A DNA stretch of 58,818 bases from an uncultured Planctomycetia bacterium. Its GTDB lineage: Bacteria > Planctomycetota > JAKEIC01 > CAZDSO01. Shown here piece by piece: positions 1 through 8,677 of the stretch; within the stretch, counting starts at the first letter, position 1, and each line of letters starts with the position of its first letter. Position numbers and translations under genes: made by a program. The DNA is taken from contig CAZDSO010000002.1 of NCBI GenBank assembly GCA_964508045.1, positions 1-58,818 on the forward strand. Direction: 5' to 3'. The notes beneath the pieces are model-generated. The model saw nothing but the letters and a program-made list of their open reading frames with translations. It had not been told where the DNA came from and ran no database searches.

Positions 1-203
1 GAAACGAGGAGGGCCTCGTGGATCTCGCGAACGGAAGGATCCTCTTCTCGGCGAGGTCCCTGGAACAGGTCACCGTCCAGGAGACGGAAAACCCCATGAA
101 CCGCCAGGTGCGAAAGACCAAGGTCACCTTCAAGATCGAGGCGGAAATCGAGCACGCCCCCGGCATCGTCCGCGAACGCGCGGAGGAGGAGGACGGGGAG
201 TAG
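1..203 (+). CDS. 3' end of an unidentified protein-coding gene, open at the window edge
   Basis: The frame is open from base 3 to TAG at 201-203. G/C third-position bias matches the neighbouring genes. No motif recognised. Confidence 0.45.
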   Translation, partial: NEEGLVDLANGRILFSARSLEQVTVQETENPMNRQVRKTKVTFKIEAEIEHAPGIVRERAEEEDGE

Positions 204-208
204 GTCTC

Positions 209-228
209 CGCCGCCCTCCCCGGCGGCG
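209..228 (+). terminator. Weak intrinsic-terminator-like hairpin after the first partial gene
   Basis: CGCCGCC-ctcccc-GGCGGCG forms a 7-bp GC stem 6 nt after the stop and is followed by acTTccTT. The T-tract is poor. Confidence 0.3.
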
Positions 229-388
229 ACTTCCTTGCGGCGCGAGCGGCCCGGTCCTTCGTATTGCTTGACGCCCCGCTGTCGTTTACCATGCCCGGGG
301 CCCCGGGAGACCCGAGCAGGTCGGCCGGAAGGGGAACCGGCGCAAGGGGCGCCCTCGTTTCCCCGTCGGCCCGGCTTCAGGAGGAGCC

Positions 389-2815
389 ATGTGCGCCAAA
401 GGCCTGGACGCCGGGGAAGGTTTCATCGTCGGCGCGGACCGGCGCGGGGGAGAGGTGGTCTACACGCCGGAGCGCACGACCTACCTGAAGATCCCCTCCG
501 GCGACGAAGCCGAGCGGCAGATCACCTCGCTGGGCCTGTACACGCTCAAGATCGGCTCGGCGCGTTTCGTGTTCGGCGAGGACGCCATCCGGATCGCGCG
601 CACCCTCAAGAGAACGGACCAGCTTCGCTCGCCCTTCCGTCAGGGCCTTCCCGGCAACGATGAGAGGAAGCTCCTCTCCACCATCCTCTCCGCCGTGCTG
701 GGCGCCCCCGGCGAACGGGGCGAGACGGTCGCCTACACCGTCCACGGGGCGCCGATGGACGGCCAGCTCGACATCGCGGGCATCGCGAAGTTCTGGAGCG
801 AGCTTCTCGCCGGCTTCGGGTACCGGCCGGTCACGGTGGGGCGCGCCGAGGCGGCCCTGGCCGGCGAGTTCTGGCGGCGGCGGGACGCCGCGACGGCCGG
901 GGCGGCCCTCAGCATCGTCTTCGGGGAGATGGCCGTCGACATCTGCGCCCGGGACCGCCGCAAGACGATCCAGTTCAGCCTGCTCAGGGGAAGCGACTGG
1001 ATCGACGCGTCCGTGGCGAAGATGAAGGAGGTCCCCGTCGACCGGGTCCGGCACCTCCGGGAGGCGTCGCTGGACCTCACTCGCGTGGACCTCTCCCATC
1101 CCCTGCAGGCGGCGCTGGAGATCTACTTCGAGCACCAGATCCACTACACGCTGCAGCAGGTGGTGGCCCAGATCATGAAAAGCCGCTGGGAACCCGAGGG
1201 CCCGGTGCGGATGGTGGTGTCGGGCAGCTGCGTGCGGATCCCCGGTTTTCCGGCCAAGCTGGAAAAGGGCTTCAAGAAGGTGAAGATGCCCTTCCCGCTG
1301 GAGAAGGTGTTCGTCTCGCGGGAGCCGCTCCAGATGGCGGCGGCGGGCGCCCTCGTCCGGGCCCTGGAGGGGGCGGAGAAGGGCGCAAGCAGGGCGGCGC
1401 CCGCCCCGCCGGGCGCCGGGCGCTCACCCGTCTCCTCCAAGGGGCGGATCTCCGACATCTTCAAGACCGCCACGACGAAGTTCGCGGCGCGGGGCGCCGT
1501 CTCCCCCCCGGCCCCGGGGCAGCCCTCTCAGCCGGCCGCGGAGCCGTCTCCGGCCGCCCCCTCGGAGGACGCGTCCGCCGCCTTCAAGGAGAGGTTGAAG
1601 CGGCTGGAGGGCCGGATCGCCGAGCTGGAGGAGGAGGTCCTCGGGGAGGACCCCTCCTACGTGGAGGCCATGCGCCAGGCCGCGGGGATCGCGGGCGGGG
1701 GTCGCAAGGCGCGCGAGCAGGACTACCGCCCCTTTTTCGAGCTCATGGTGGAAAAGGGGGCGTCGGACCTGTTCCTGTCGGCGGGGGCGCGTCCGGCCAT
1801 GCGGGTGGACGGTCGCGTGGAGTTCATCTCGGGGAACACGCTCAACCAGGCGTTCTGCGTCGGTCTCGCCGAGGCCCTGTCGGGAAAGGCCTACGACGCG
1901 CTCTTCCGCAAGTGCAAGGGCGTGGATCTGGCGATCGAGCTGGAGGACATCGGGCGCTTCCGCGCCAATTTCTTCCACCAGCGCGGCCGCATGGGGGGGG
2001 TGTTCCGCTACATCAAGGAGCGCGTCCCCACGTTCGAGGAACTCAACCTGCCCGGGCGGACGCTGATGAAGATCTCGGCGCACCAGCGGGGCCTCGTGCT
2101 GGTGACGGGCGTGGCGGGCAGCGGAAAATCCACGACGATCGCGGGCATGCTCGAACACATCAACCAGACCTCGAACCGGCACATCGTCACCATCGAGGAC
2201 CCCATCGAGTTCGTCTTCTCCGAGAAACAGAGCGTGATCGACCAGCGGGAGGTGGGCCTGGACACGGACAACTTCATGACGGCCCTGAAATCGGCCGTCC
2301 GCCAGTCGCCGGACGTGATCTTCGTCGGGGAGATGCGCGACAAGGAAACCATGGAAGCCGCCATCTCCGCCGCCGAGACCGGCCACCTCGTCATGTCCAC
2401 CCTCCACACCGTGAACGCCCAGCAGACCGTGGAGAGGATCATCACCTACTTCCCCCCCTACCAGCACAACCTCATCCGCCTGCAGCTCTCCATGGTCCTG
2501 GTCGGCGTGCTCTCCGTGAGGCTCCTGCCCAAGAAGGGCGGCCAGGGACGCGTCCCCGCCCTCGAGATCATGCTCTCCACCCCCACCGTGAAGGACCTCC
2601 TGCTGACCGGGAAGACCAAGTCGCTCGACGCCGCCATCTCGGAGGACGTCCACTACGGCAACCAGACCTTCAACGAGTCGCTGAAGCAGCTCTACCAGGC
2701 CGGCGTGATCGACCTCGAGGAAGCGCTCTCCGCCGCGGACAACCCCGACGAATTCAAGCTTCAGGTCCGCGGCATCGTCCGCGGCGCCCGGGCTTCCGAC
2801 TTCAACTTCCAGTAG
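389..2815 (+). CDS. Fusion protein: N-terminal actin-fold (ParM/PilM/MreB-like) domain, coiled-coil linker, C-terminal PilT/PilU-type hexameric ATPase
   Basis: AGGAGG lies a few nt upstream of ATG 389. The N-terminal ~330 aa carry GLDAGEGFIV (phosphate-1-like), SIVFGEMAVDI (degenerate phosphate-2) and VVSGSCVRIPGF (adenosine-motif-like). A Pro/Ala-rich linker and FKERLKRLEGRIAELEEEV follow. The C-terminal ~360 aa carry Walker A GVAGSGKST, Asp box IVTIEDPIEF, Walker B DVIFVGEMRD and His box GHLVMSTLHT. Confidence 0.85.
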   Translation: MCAKGLDAGEGFIVGADRRGGEVVYTPERTTYLKIPSGDEAERQITSLGLYTLKIGSARFVFGEDAIRIARTLKRTDQLRSPFRQGLPGNDERKLLSTILSAVLGAPGERGETVAYTVHGAPMDGQLDIAGIAKFWSELLAGFGYRPVTVGRAEAALAGEFWRRRDAATAGAALSIVFGEMAVDICARDRRKTIQFSLLRGSDWIDASVAKMKEVPVDRVRHLREASLDLTRVDLSHPLQAALEIYFEHQIHYTLQQVVAQIMKSRWEPEGPVRMVVSGSCVRIPGFPAKLEKGFKKVKMPFPLEKVFVSREPLQMAAAGALVRALEGAEKGASRAAPAPPGAGRSPVSSKGRISDIFKTATTKFAARGAVSPPAPGQPSQPAAEPSPAAPSEDASAAFKERLKRLEGRIAELEEEVLGEDPSYVEAMRQAAGIAGGGRKAREQDYRPFFELMVEKGASDLFLSAGARPAMRVDGRVEFISGNTLNQAFCVGLAEALSGKAYDALFRKCKGVDLAIELEDIGRFRANFFHQRGRMGGVFRYIKERVPTFEELNLPGRTLMKISAHQRGLVLVTGVAGSGKSTTIAGMLEHINQTSNRHIVTIEDPIEFVFSEKQSVIDQREVGLDTDNFMTALKSAVRQSPDVIFVGEMRDKETMEAAISAAETGHLVMSTLHTVNAQQTVERIITYFPPYQHNLIRLQLSMVLVGVLSVRLLPKKGGQGRVPALEIMLSTPTVKDLLLTGKTKSLDAAISEDVHYGNQTFNESLKQLYQAGVIDLEEALSAADNPDEFKLQVRGIVRGARASDFNFQ

Positions 2816-2826
2816 CGTATGCCCCG

Positions 2827-4911
2827 ATGGCGAGACCGATCCCGGCGTGCAGCCTCCTTGCGGTCCTGGCCGCCCTCCTGGCGGCCCCGTCCCCCGCCCC
2901 CGCCGGGGAACAGAAAGACTCCCCCGCCGTCCGTTGCGAGGTCTTTCCCTCCGCCCTCCTCTCCTCCGCCTACTGGGGCCCCCTGCTCGTGGAAGCCCGG
3001 AACGACTCCCCACGCGCCGCGGACATCGACGTCGGTGCGATCACCGCGCAGGGCATCGATCCCGAAGCCCTCGACCTGGAACAGGCCTCCGCGAGCACGC
3101 GTTTCCGCGTGGCGGGCGACGCCGAGAAGCGCCTGTTCCTCTACCTCCCCCCCTTCTCGAGAAGCGATCCCATCGTGATGCGGGCGGCGGACGGGAAAAC
3201 CCTGTCTCCCCACCAGAGGGTCTTCCTCCACCCCAACCCCGGCTGGAAAGCCGTCCTTCTCCTCTCCGACGACGAGACCTGCGAGGCCGCCACCGTCCTC
3301 GAGAACCTCCTCAACGCCTGCACGGCCCCTCCGGCGAGCCTCCCCGAGCGCGCGGAAGGATTCGACGCCTTCCACACCGTCGTCCTTCACCGGCTGGATC
3401 CCGCGGCCCTGAGCCGCGCTTCCCGGCGCGCGATCCGGGACTGGACCGCGCGGGGGGGCCATCTCGTCCTCTCCCCCGGAGACGACGTCCTCCTCTTCCT
3501 GGACGGGATCCTGGCCGAGATCCACCCCTTCACCCCCGTGGACACCCTCCCGGACCACCCCGTCACCGCCTTCGGGGCGCTCGAACCCGGCGCCGCCCCG
3601 CCCCGGGAACCCCTCCACCTGCTCGAAGGGGGCGAGCCGCTTCTGAAAAGCCGGCGCGGCGAGGTCGTGGCCCGCTGGTCCCCCGCCGGCGCAGGAAGCG
3701 TCCTCGCCCTCTCCGCGAGCCTGGACCTCCTCGGCTCCCGCTCGACCGCCGGCCGGATCTGGTTCCTCCGCCGCGTCCTCTTCGCGGGAGGCATGATCGA
3801 AGCGCTGGACCACCACGGAGTGTGCCGCGAGACCCCGCTGCAGCAAGAATTCCTGGCCTCCGCGGCAACCGGACCGACGTCCGGGGAGGGGCTCCGGCTT
3901 TCCACCGGACGCCGGGCCGGCCGCCCCCACCTGATGCCTCCCTTCCGCCATTACTTCTCCAGCATCTTCGCCGGCGTCGAGAGAGACGTCACCGCCTTCG
4001 AGGAGAAAGAGGTCCTGCTGGCGCTGATGGAGGACCTGGCCTCCGCGCCGAGCCTCGGATTCGTCGCCCTTTTCCTGCTCGCCTTCCTCGCCGTGGTCGG
4101 ACCCCTCAACTTCCTCGTCTTGCGCCGGAAGCGAATCCCGGCGCTCGCTTCCGTCACCGTTCCGCTCGTCTCGACGGCGTTCGTCTTCCTCGTCGTCGTC
4201 TCGGGACTGGTCATCCGGGGCGGCCCCCGCGCGAGACGCCTGAACGTGGTGTTCACCCGATCCGGCGAATCGTGGGCCGTGGCGAATTCCCTGATCTCCT
4301 TCAGGACCGGCGCCGAGGGGACGTACGCACTGTCGAGCCCGGACGGGGCCTTCCATCTTCCCCCCGTGCCCTTCTGGACCAAAGCGTTCCGCCTGGAACA
4401 GGACGGCGCCGGACGTCTCACCCTCCCCCTGGACCGGTGGGACCTGGCGGGCGCCACCGCCGAGAGGACGATCCGGCTGGAGGGCGCCGTGGAGGCGTTC
4501 CTGGACGATGAAGGGTTCCACGTGCGGAACAGACTCCCGCTCTCCCTTCGAGGGCTCGTGATGACGCCGCCCCCGGATTGCCCGCTGGAGATCGCGGCCG
4601 CCTTCACGGCCGAGGACCGGGAGGGGACCTTCGCGTTCGGATTCGAGGTCGCGCCGGGCGCCTCGCTCGATTTTCTCTCGCCGCCCCCCCCGGCCCGGGC
4701 GCCCGCGCGGGAGGACCTCGTTCTGGCGAGCCTGTTGGACCACGCCCTCGGCCAGTCCTTTCCGACGTGGGGCGGGGGCGGTCTGGCCTGCTGGATCGAC
4801 GTCCCCTTTCCGGAGTTTCACGTGGACGGGGAGCCGATGGAACTGATGTCCGACCGGACGGCCCTGGTCATCCCCCTGCTGGATCGCAGGAAAGGGGGCG
4901 CCGGGGGATGA
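2827..4911 (+). CDS. Large secreted/membrane protein of unknown function (signal peptide plus internal TM helices)
   Basis: An in-frame ATG sits 11 nt after the upstream stop. Signal peptide is MARPIPACSLLAVLAALLAAPSPAPA. Hydrophobic helices are LGFVALFLLAFLAVVGPLNFLVL and ALASVTVPLVSTAFVFLVVVSGLVI. The segment FHTVVLHRLDPAALSRASRRAIRDWTARGGHLVLSPG resembles amidotransferase-like/DUF4350-type auxiliary proteins (recollection only). The upstream part of track ORF 1912..4911 is a shadow frame over the PilT-like gene. Confidence 0.7.
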   Translation: MARPIPACSLLAVLAALLAAPSPAPAGEQKDSPAVRCEVFPSALLSSAYWGPLLVEARNDSPRAADIDVGAITAQGIDPEALDLEQASASTRFRVAGDAEKRLFLYLPPFSRSDPIVMRAADGKTLSPHQRVFLHPNPGWKAVLLLSDDETCEAATVLENLLNACTAPPASLPERAEGFDAFHTVVLHRLDPAALSRASRRAIRDWTARGGHLVLSPGDDVLLFLDGILAEIHPFTPVDTLPDHPVTAFGALEPGAAPPREPLHLLEGGEPLLKSRRGEVVARWSPAGAGSVLALSASLDLLGSRSTAGRIWFLRRVLFAGGMIEALDHHGVCRETPLQQEFLASAATGPTSGEGLRLSTGRRAGRPHLMPPFRHYFSSIFAGVERDVTAFEEKEVLLALMEDLASAPSLGFVALFLLAFLAVVGPLNFLVLRRKRIPALASVTVPLVSTAFVFLVVVSGLVIRGGPRARRLNVVFTRSGESWAVANSLISFRTGAEGTYALSSPDGAFHLPPVPFWTKAFRLEQDGAGRLTLPLDRWDLAGATAERTIRLEGAVEAFLDDEGFHVRNRLPLSLRGLVMTPPPDCPLEIAAAFTAEDREGTFAFGFEVAPGASLDFLSPPPPARAPAREDLVLASLLDHALGQSFPTWGGGGLACWIDVPFPEFHVDGEPMELMSDRTALVIPLLDRRKGGAGG

Positions 4912-4965
4912 GGGATGGGGGAGGGGGGAGGGGGAATCGCGGATTCGCAGCGTGAGAGAACGCGC

Positions 4966-5892
4966 ATGATCGACATCGAGGGACTGGTGATGGATTTCGG
5001 CGCCAACCGGGCGCTGGACGGGATCTCCTTCACGGTGGAGGCGGGGGACATCTTCGGGTTCATCGGCCCGAACGGCGCCGGGAAGACGACGACCATGCGG
5101 ATCCTGGCCACGCTGCTCCATCCCACGGCCGGGAGGGCGCGGGTGGGGGGGCATTGCGTGGTGAACGCCCCCGAGAAGGTCCGCGCCCTCACCGGGACCA
5201 TGCCGGACACCTACGGGGTCTACGACGGATTGAGCGTGTGGGAGTACCTGGATTTCTTCGGGGCGGCGCACGGCCTCCGGCTTCCGGGCCGGAACCGGGC
5301 CGTCTCCGACGTGATGGCGCTGACGGACCTCGGGGCGTTCGCGGACCGCCCCGTCTCCGCGCTGTCGCGGGGCATGCAGCAGAGGCTCTGCGTGGCCAAG
5401 ACGCTGGTGCACGATCCCGCGGTGCTGATCCTCGACGAGCCGGCGGCCAACCTCGATCCCCGGGCCCGGATCGAGTTCCGGGCGCTGCTCAAGGAGCTCA
5501 AGACGCTGGGGAAGACCATCCTGATCTCGTCCCACATCCTCACCGAGCTCTCGGACGTGTGCACGCGGATCGGGATCATCGAGGCGGGGCGCATGGTGGC
5601 CACGGGCACGCGGGCCGAGATCCTGGAGCGGATCGCGGGAGCGCCGCAGGTGGTCGTGGAGGTGAGGGACCGGGCTGCGGAGGCGGCGCGTCTGGCGCTG
5701 GAGCTGCCTTTCGTGCGCGAGGCGACGGCCGGGGGGGACCGGATCCGGGTGGATTGCGAGGGGCCGGATCCAAACGTGCCGGCGCTGGTCAGGACGCTCG
5801 CGGAGGCGGGGGTCCCGATCCAGGGCGTGCGGATGGAGTCGGCGGACCTGGAGCATCTGTTTCTCGAGATCACGAAGGGGCAGGTGCAGTGA
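4966..5892 (+). CDS. ABC transporter ATP-binding protein (ABC-2/NosF/GldA-like)
   Basis: Walker A GPNGAGKTT, signature LSRGMQQRL, Walker B VLILDEPAANLD and H-loop SSHIL are present. The start is probably ATG 4966 (MIDIEGL...); ATG 4915 is the alternative. Confidence 0.9.
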   Translation: MIDIEGLVMDFGANRALDGISFTVEAGDIFGFIGPNGAGKTTTMRILATLLHPTAGRARVGGHCVVNAPEKVRALTGTMPDTYGVYDGLSVWEYLDFFGAAHGLRLPGRNRAVSDVMALTDLGAFADRPVSALSRGMQQRLCVAKTLVHDPAVLILDEPAANLDPRARIEFRALLKELKTLGKTILISSHILTELSDVCTRIGIIEAGRMVATGTRAEILERIAGAPQVVVEVRDRAAEAARLALELPFVREATAGGDRIRVDCEGPDPNVPALVRTLAEAGVPIQGVRMESADLEHLFLEITKGQVQ

Positions 5893-5902
5893 TGCGGCGC
5901 CT

Positions 5903-7645
5903 TTGATGCGGATGCATGATGCCCTGGAGGGGAAGGCCGGGATGAGCGGCGTGCTCGAAAAGACGCGGACGGCCCTGGACGGGTGGCTGGATCCGATCCT
6001 GATGAAGGAGCTCCGCGCCACGTTCCGGGGCTGGAAATTCTTCGGCGTGCACACGGGCTTTCTGGCCCTGCTTTCCGTGGCGCTGGTGGTGGTGATCCTC
6101 TCGATGTCGACGGCGGTCCGCTGGCAGCCGGCGTCGGTGGGCCGCACGGTCCACGCGGTGTTCCTGGGGGGGATGGCGCTGGCGATCCTGCTGGTGCTTC
6201 CCTCCTTCGCCTCCACCTCCATCGTGGGGGAGCGGGAGGTGAAGACCTTCGAGATGCTCCAGACGACGCAGCTGAGCGCGGCGGGGGTGGTGCGGGGCAA
6301 GTTCCTGGCGTCCATGGTCTACACGGCGGTGTTCCTCTTCTCATCGCTTCCCGTCGGCGCGATCGCCTTCCTCTACGGCGGCATCGGCGTGGGGAACCTC
6401 GTGGCGTCCTACGCGTGCCTTCTGGCGGTGTCGGCGATCTCGAACATCTTCTCCATCTTCATCTCGGCGCATTCGCGCACGAGCCGGACGGCGCTGGCGA
6501 GCACCGGCGCCTTCGGCATCGTCTGCCTGGTGGGGCTCGCCGGATACCTGGCCGCGCTTCCCTCGGAGGCCCTGAGCCGGAAGGCGATGAACCTTATCGG
6601 TCTGCAAGCGCTCGCCTTCCGCCCGTTTCCCACCGCGGATCCACCCGCGACGGATGCGCTGCTCTACCTCTTCGCGCTTCCCCTGTTCGTGATGGGTTCG
6701 ATCTTCGCCTTTTCCGCCCTCTCGGCGTCCAACCGCATCAAACCCCGCGCCGGCAACCGCTCCACGAACCTGAAACTGTTCTTCCTGGCGTTCATGATTC
6801 TCGGATCGGCTCTCTGGCTGCTCCTCCTCTTCCGGGCGGACTTCGGCCCCCCCTGGTCGCGCTGGCGCGCGGCCGCGACCTTTCTCGGCGCCTTCGGCAT
6901 CGTCGCCACCCTTTCCTCCTCCTTCGCCGCCGAAGATCCCCTGCACGCGCTCCCCGCCCGGCTGCGCGGCGGGACCCGCTTCTCCCCGCTCCGCTGCCTT
7001 CGGCCCGGGGCCCAGAACGGCTTTTTCTTCTGCCTCCTGCTCGCGATCCTGGCCGCCACCCCCGCCCTCCTTCTCCTGCGGACCTACATGCAGAGCGCCG
7101 GCGTCTCGTTCGTGCCCGCGCTCGTCGGGATGGGCCTGACGATCCTCTCCTTCCTCCTCCTCTCCGCCTCCGCCGGGCTCCTCCTGACCACGCTGATCCT
7201 CAACGAGCGGGCGCGCATGGTCGTCCAGTCGGGCATCGTCACCGCCCTCATCTTCCTTCCCCTGATCGCGTTCGCCGCGCGCCACCGCCTGGAGAAGATC
7301 TCCGAGGTGTCCCTGCTCGAACCGGGCCTCCTGAGCCCCGCCGTCGCGTTCGGATCGCTGACCACGGGGTTCTTCGAGTACATCACGGACGAACAGATAT
7401 GGAGGGGGGAATCCGCCTTTCCCTACTCGGCGGCGCTCGGGGAAGTCCGCCTGCCGGCCTTCCTCCTCACGGTGGGCATCCACCTGGCGCTCGGCCTGGC
7501 GCTGTGGATCGCGGCCGAGAGACGCCTGGCCAGGGCCGCCAAGCAGGCGCCCCCGCCCGCCGGCGACCCGCCGCCGCCCGCCGGCGACCCGCCGCCGGAG
7601 CCGGACGCGCTGGCCGCCGCTGAATGGTGCCGCGGACATGGGTGA
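5903..7645 (+). CDS. ABC-2 type transporter permease, polytopic, with a Pro-rich C-terminal tail
   Basis: The gene follows the ATPase after a 10-nt gap and has many hydrophobic segments. The N-terminal LDPILMKELRATFRGWKFF is typical of ABC-2 permeases. Possible starts are TTG 5903, ATG 5906 or ATG 5942 (the last has GGAGG upstream). The tail reads PPPAGDPPPPAGDPPPEPD. Confidence 0.75.
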   Translation: MMRMHDALEGKAGMSGVLEKTRTALDGWLDPILMKELRATFRGWKFFGVHTGFLALLSVALVVVILSMSTAVRWQPASVGRTVHAVFLGGMALAILLVLPSFASTSIVGEREVKTFEMLQTTQLSAAGVVRGKFLASMVYTAVFLFSSLPVGAIAFLYGGIGVGNLVASYACLLAVSAISNIFSIFISAHSRTSRTALASTGAFGIVCLVGLAGYLAALPSEALSRKAMNLIGLQALAFRPFPTADPPATDALLYLFALPLFVMGSIFAFSALSASNRIKPRAGNRSTNLKLFFLAFMILGSALWLLLLFRADFGPPWSRWRAAATFLGAFGIVATLSSSFAAEDPLHALPARLRGGTRFSPLRCLRPGAQNGFFFCLLLAILAATPALLLLRTYMQSAGVSFVPALVGMGLTILSFLLLSASAGLLLTTLILNERARMVVQSGIVTALIFLPLIAFAARHRLEKISEVSLLEPGLLSPAVAFGSLTTGFFEYITDEQIWRGESAFPYSAALGEVRLPAFLLTVGIHLALGLALWIAAERRLARAAKQAPPPAGDPPPPAGDPPPEPDALAAAEWCRGHG

Positions 7646-7689
7646 TCGCGAAAAGGGAGATCCATGCGCGCGGGAAGGGGAGGGGGTAT

Positions 7690-7773
7690 GGGCGACCCCG
7701 TGTGGTCGCCCCCTCCGTGCCGGGACGAGGGCGGGCCCATGGGCCCGCCCCTACCCCGCCGTCGCGGCGGTTT
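7690..7773. terminator. Cluster of GC-rich hairpins between the convergent ABC-2 permease and lipoprotein A genes (probable bidirectional terminator region)
   Basis: GGGCGACC-ccgtgt-GGTCGCCC at 7690..7711. A 22-nt perfect palindrome GGGCGGGCCCATGGGCCCGCCC at 7729..7750. CCGCC-gtcgc-GGCGG followed by TTT at 7756..7773. Mirror copy at 51046..51129. Confidence 0.45.
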
Positions 7774-7801
7774 GGCGTTGCTCCGGGATGAAACCCTCGC
7801 C

Positions 7802-8614
7802 TTACTTCCGCCTGGCAACCTCCTTCATGAGGAGTTTGAACGCATTCTCCGGGATCCTCGCGGCCTCGGGCAGGGCGGTGTCCCTGGTGATCGTCCTGGC
7901 GTAGTGTACGCAGGAATGGACGAGGTCTTCCTGCACGTCGTAGATGGTTCCGATGACGCGGCATCTCACCGTGCCGGCGGTGGGGCCAGGTCCATATCCC
8001 CAGATATAGAGGGCGTAGAGGTGCCGCGGTTCAAAGTACAAAGACATCTTCTCCTCGATCAAAACAACCAGCTTGGCCAGGGAGGCTGGAACCTTCTCGA
8101 TGCCCTTGCCGCACGGATCCGTTGCCAGCTCGAAGGACCCGTGTGCGTCGATGCAGTGATAGGCCCCGTACGCGAGCTCGCGGGCCATCCCTCCAAGGCC
8201 GGAGGATTCGAACAAGGGCTTGAGGGGCACCAAGGAGATACCGGTACTCCTGAATGCCATGATGTTGCCTGCCGTCAGTCCGGCGGAGAATTCGGTCTCG
8301 TTGATACCTATGCTGGCGAAGCCGTATGCGACCACGGGAAGAAGAAACACTTTTTCCTTGTCGAGATCGATGCGTTCCGCCCCCTCGCGGACGAACACTT
8401 TTTTTCGGGCTCTCTTCTCATTGCCCTCGGTTTCAGGTTGATCTTCATCCCTTACTTTCCCCTCCTCCTTCGGTTCGGCTTTTTCTTCCTGTTGCGGTCC
8501 ACCCTTCACGGCCTCCTCTCCGGGTTCCCCCAACGGGACCTTCCCGTCCCCGCAACCAGAAACCAGGGCGAAGAAGACCCAGACCGGCGCAGTAAGGACT
8601 ATGAGCCTCGACAT
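7802..8614 (-). CDS. Lipoprotein of unknown family (paralog A)
   Basis: Signal peptide plus lipobox LVSGC (Cys21), then an acidic/Lys-rich linker. The C-terminal ~190 aa align with the 10212..10928 product through shared blocks AYGF, NETE, GISL-P-KP, EKVP, ALY-W-YG and CRVI--IYD-Q--L-HSC-YY. Confidence 0.8.
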   Translation of the reverse strand: MSRLIVLTAPVWVFFALVSGCGDGKVPLGEPGEEAVKGGPQQEEKAEPKEEGKVRDEDQPETEGNEKRARKKVFVREGAERIDLDKEKVFLLPVVAYGFASIGINETEFSAGLTAGNIMAFRSTGISLVPLKPLFESSGLGGMARELAYGAYHCIDAHGSFELATDPCGKGIEKVPASLAKLVVLIEEKMSLYFEPRHLYALYIWGYGPGPTAGTVRCRVIGTIYDVQEDLVHSCVHYARTITRDTALPEAARIPENAFKLLMKEVARRK

Positions 8615-8677
8615 GTTTCCCTCATCGAAAGGTCCGTATCAAAATACACGAATACATGCATCCCCATTTACCATTTA

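Noticed and set aside
204-388. A possible 5'-UTR hairpin around 321..372 (CCGGAAGGGGAACCGGCGCAAGGGGCGCCCTCGTTTCCCCGTCGG) upstream of the PilT-fusion gene.
   Set aside because: The pairing is imperfect and built from GC-rich sequence, which readily forms stems by chance. No recognisable riboswitch core is present, so I leave it as unresolved background.
2761-6315. Very long ORFs overlapping the called genes on other frames or strands, e.g. 2761..6315- (1184 aa), 1424..3013-, 7664..10285+ (873 aa), 20845..23457+ (870 aa), 23923..26880- (985 aa), 26735..29206- (823 aa), and their mirror copies.
   Set aside because: Their translations are monotonous R/P/G/A-rich strings with no motifs. Each overlaps a gene with clear family signatures. 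Long stop-free shadow frames are expected in DNA this GC-rich.
7553-7594. A perfect 21-nt tandem duplication, ccgcccgccggcgacccgccg x2.
   Set aside because: It is in frame within the permease tail, giving PPAGDPP twice. It looks like a simple slippage duplication in a low-complexity Pro-rich region, not a CRISPR array or a regulatory repeat.
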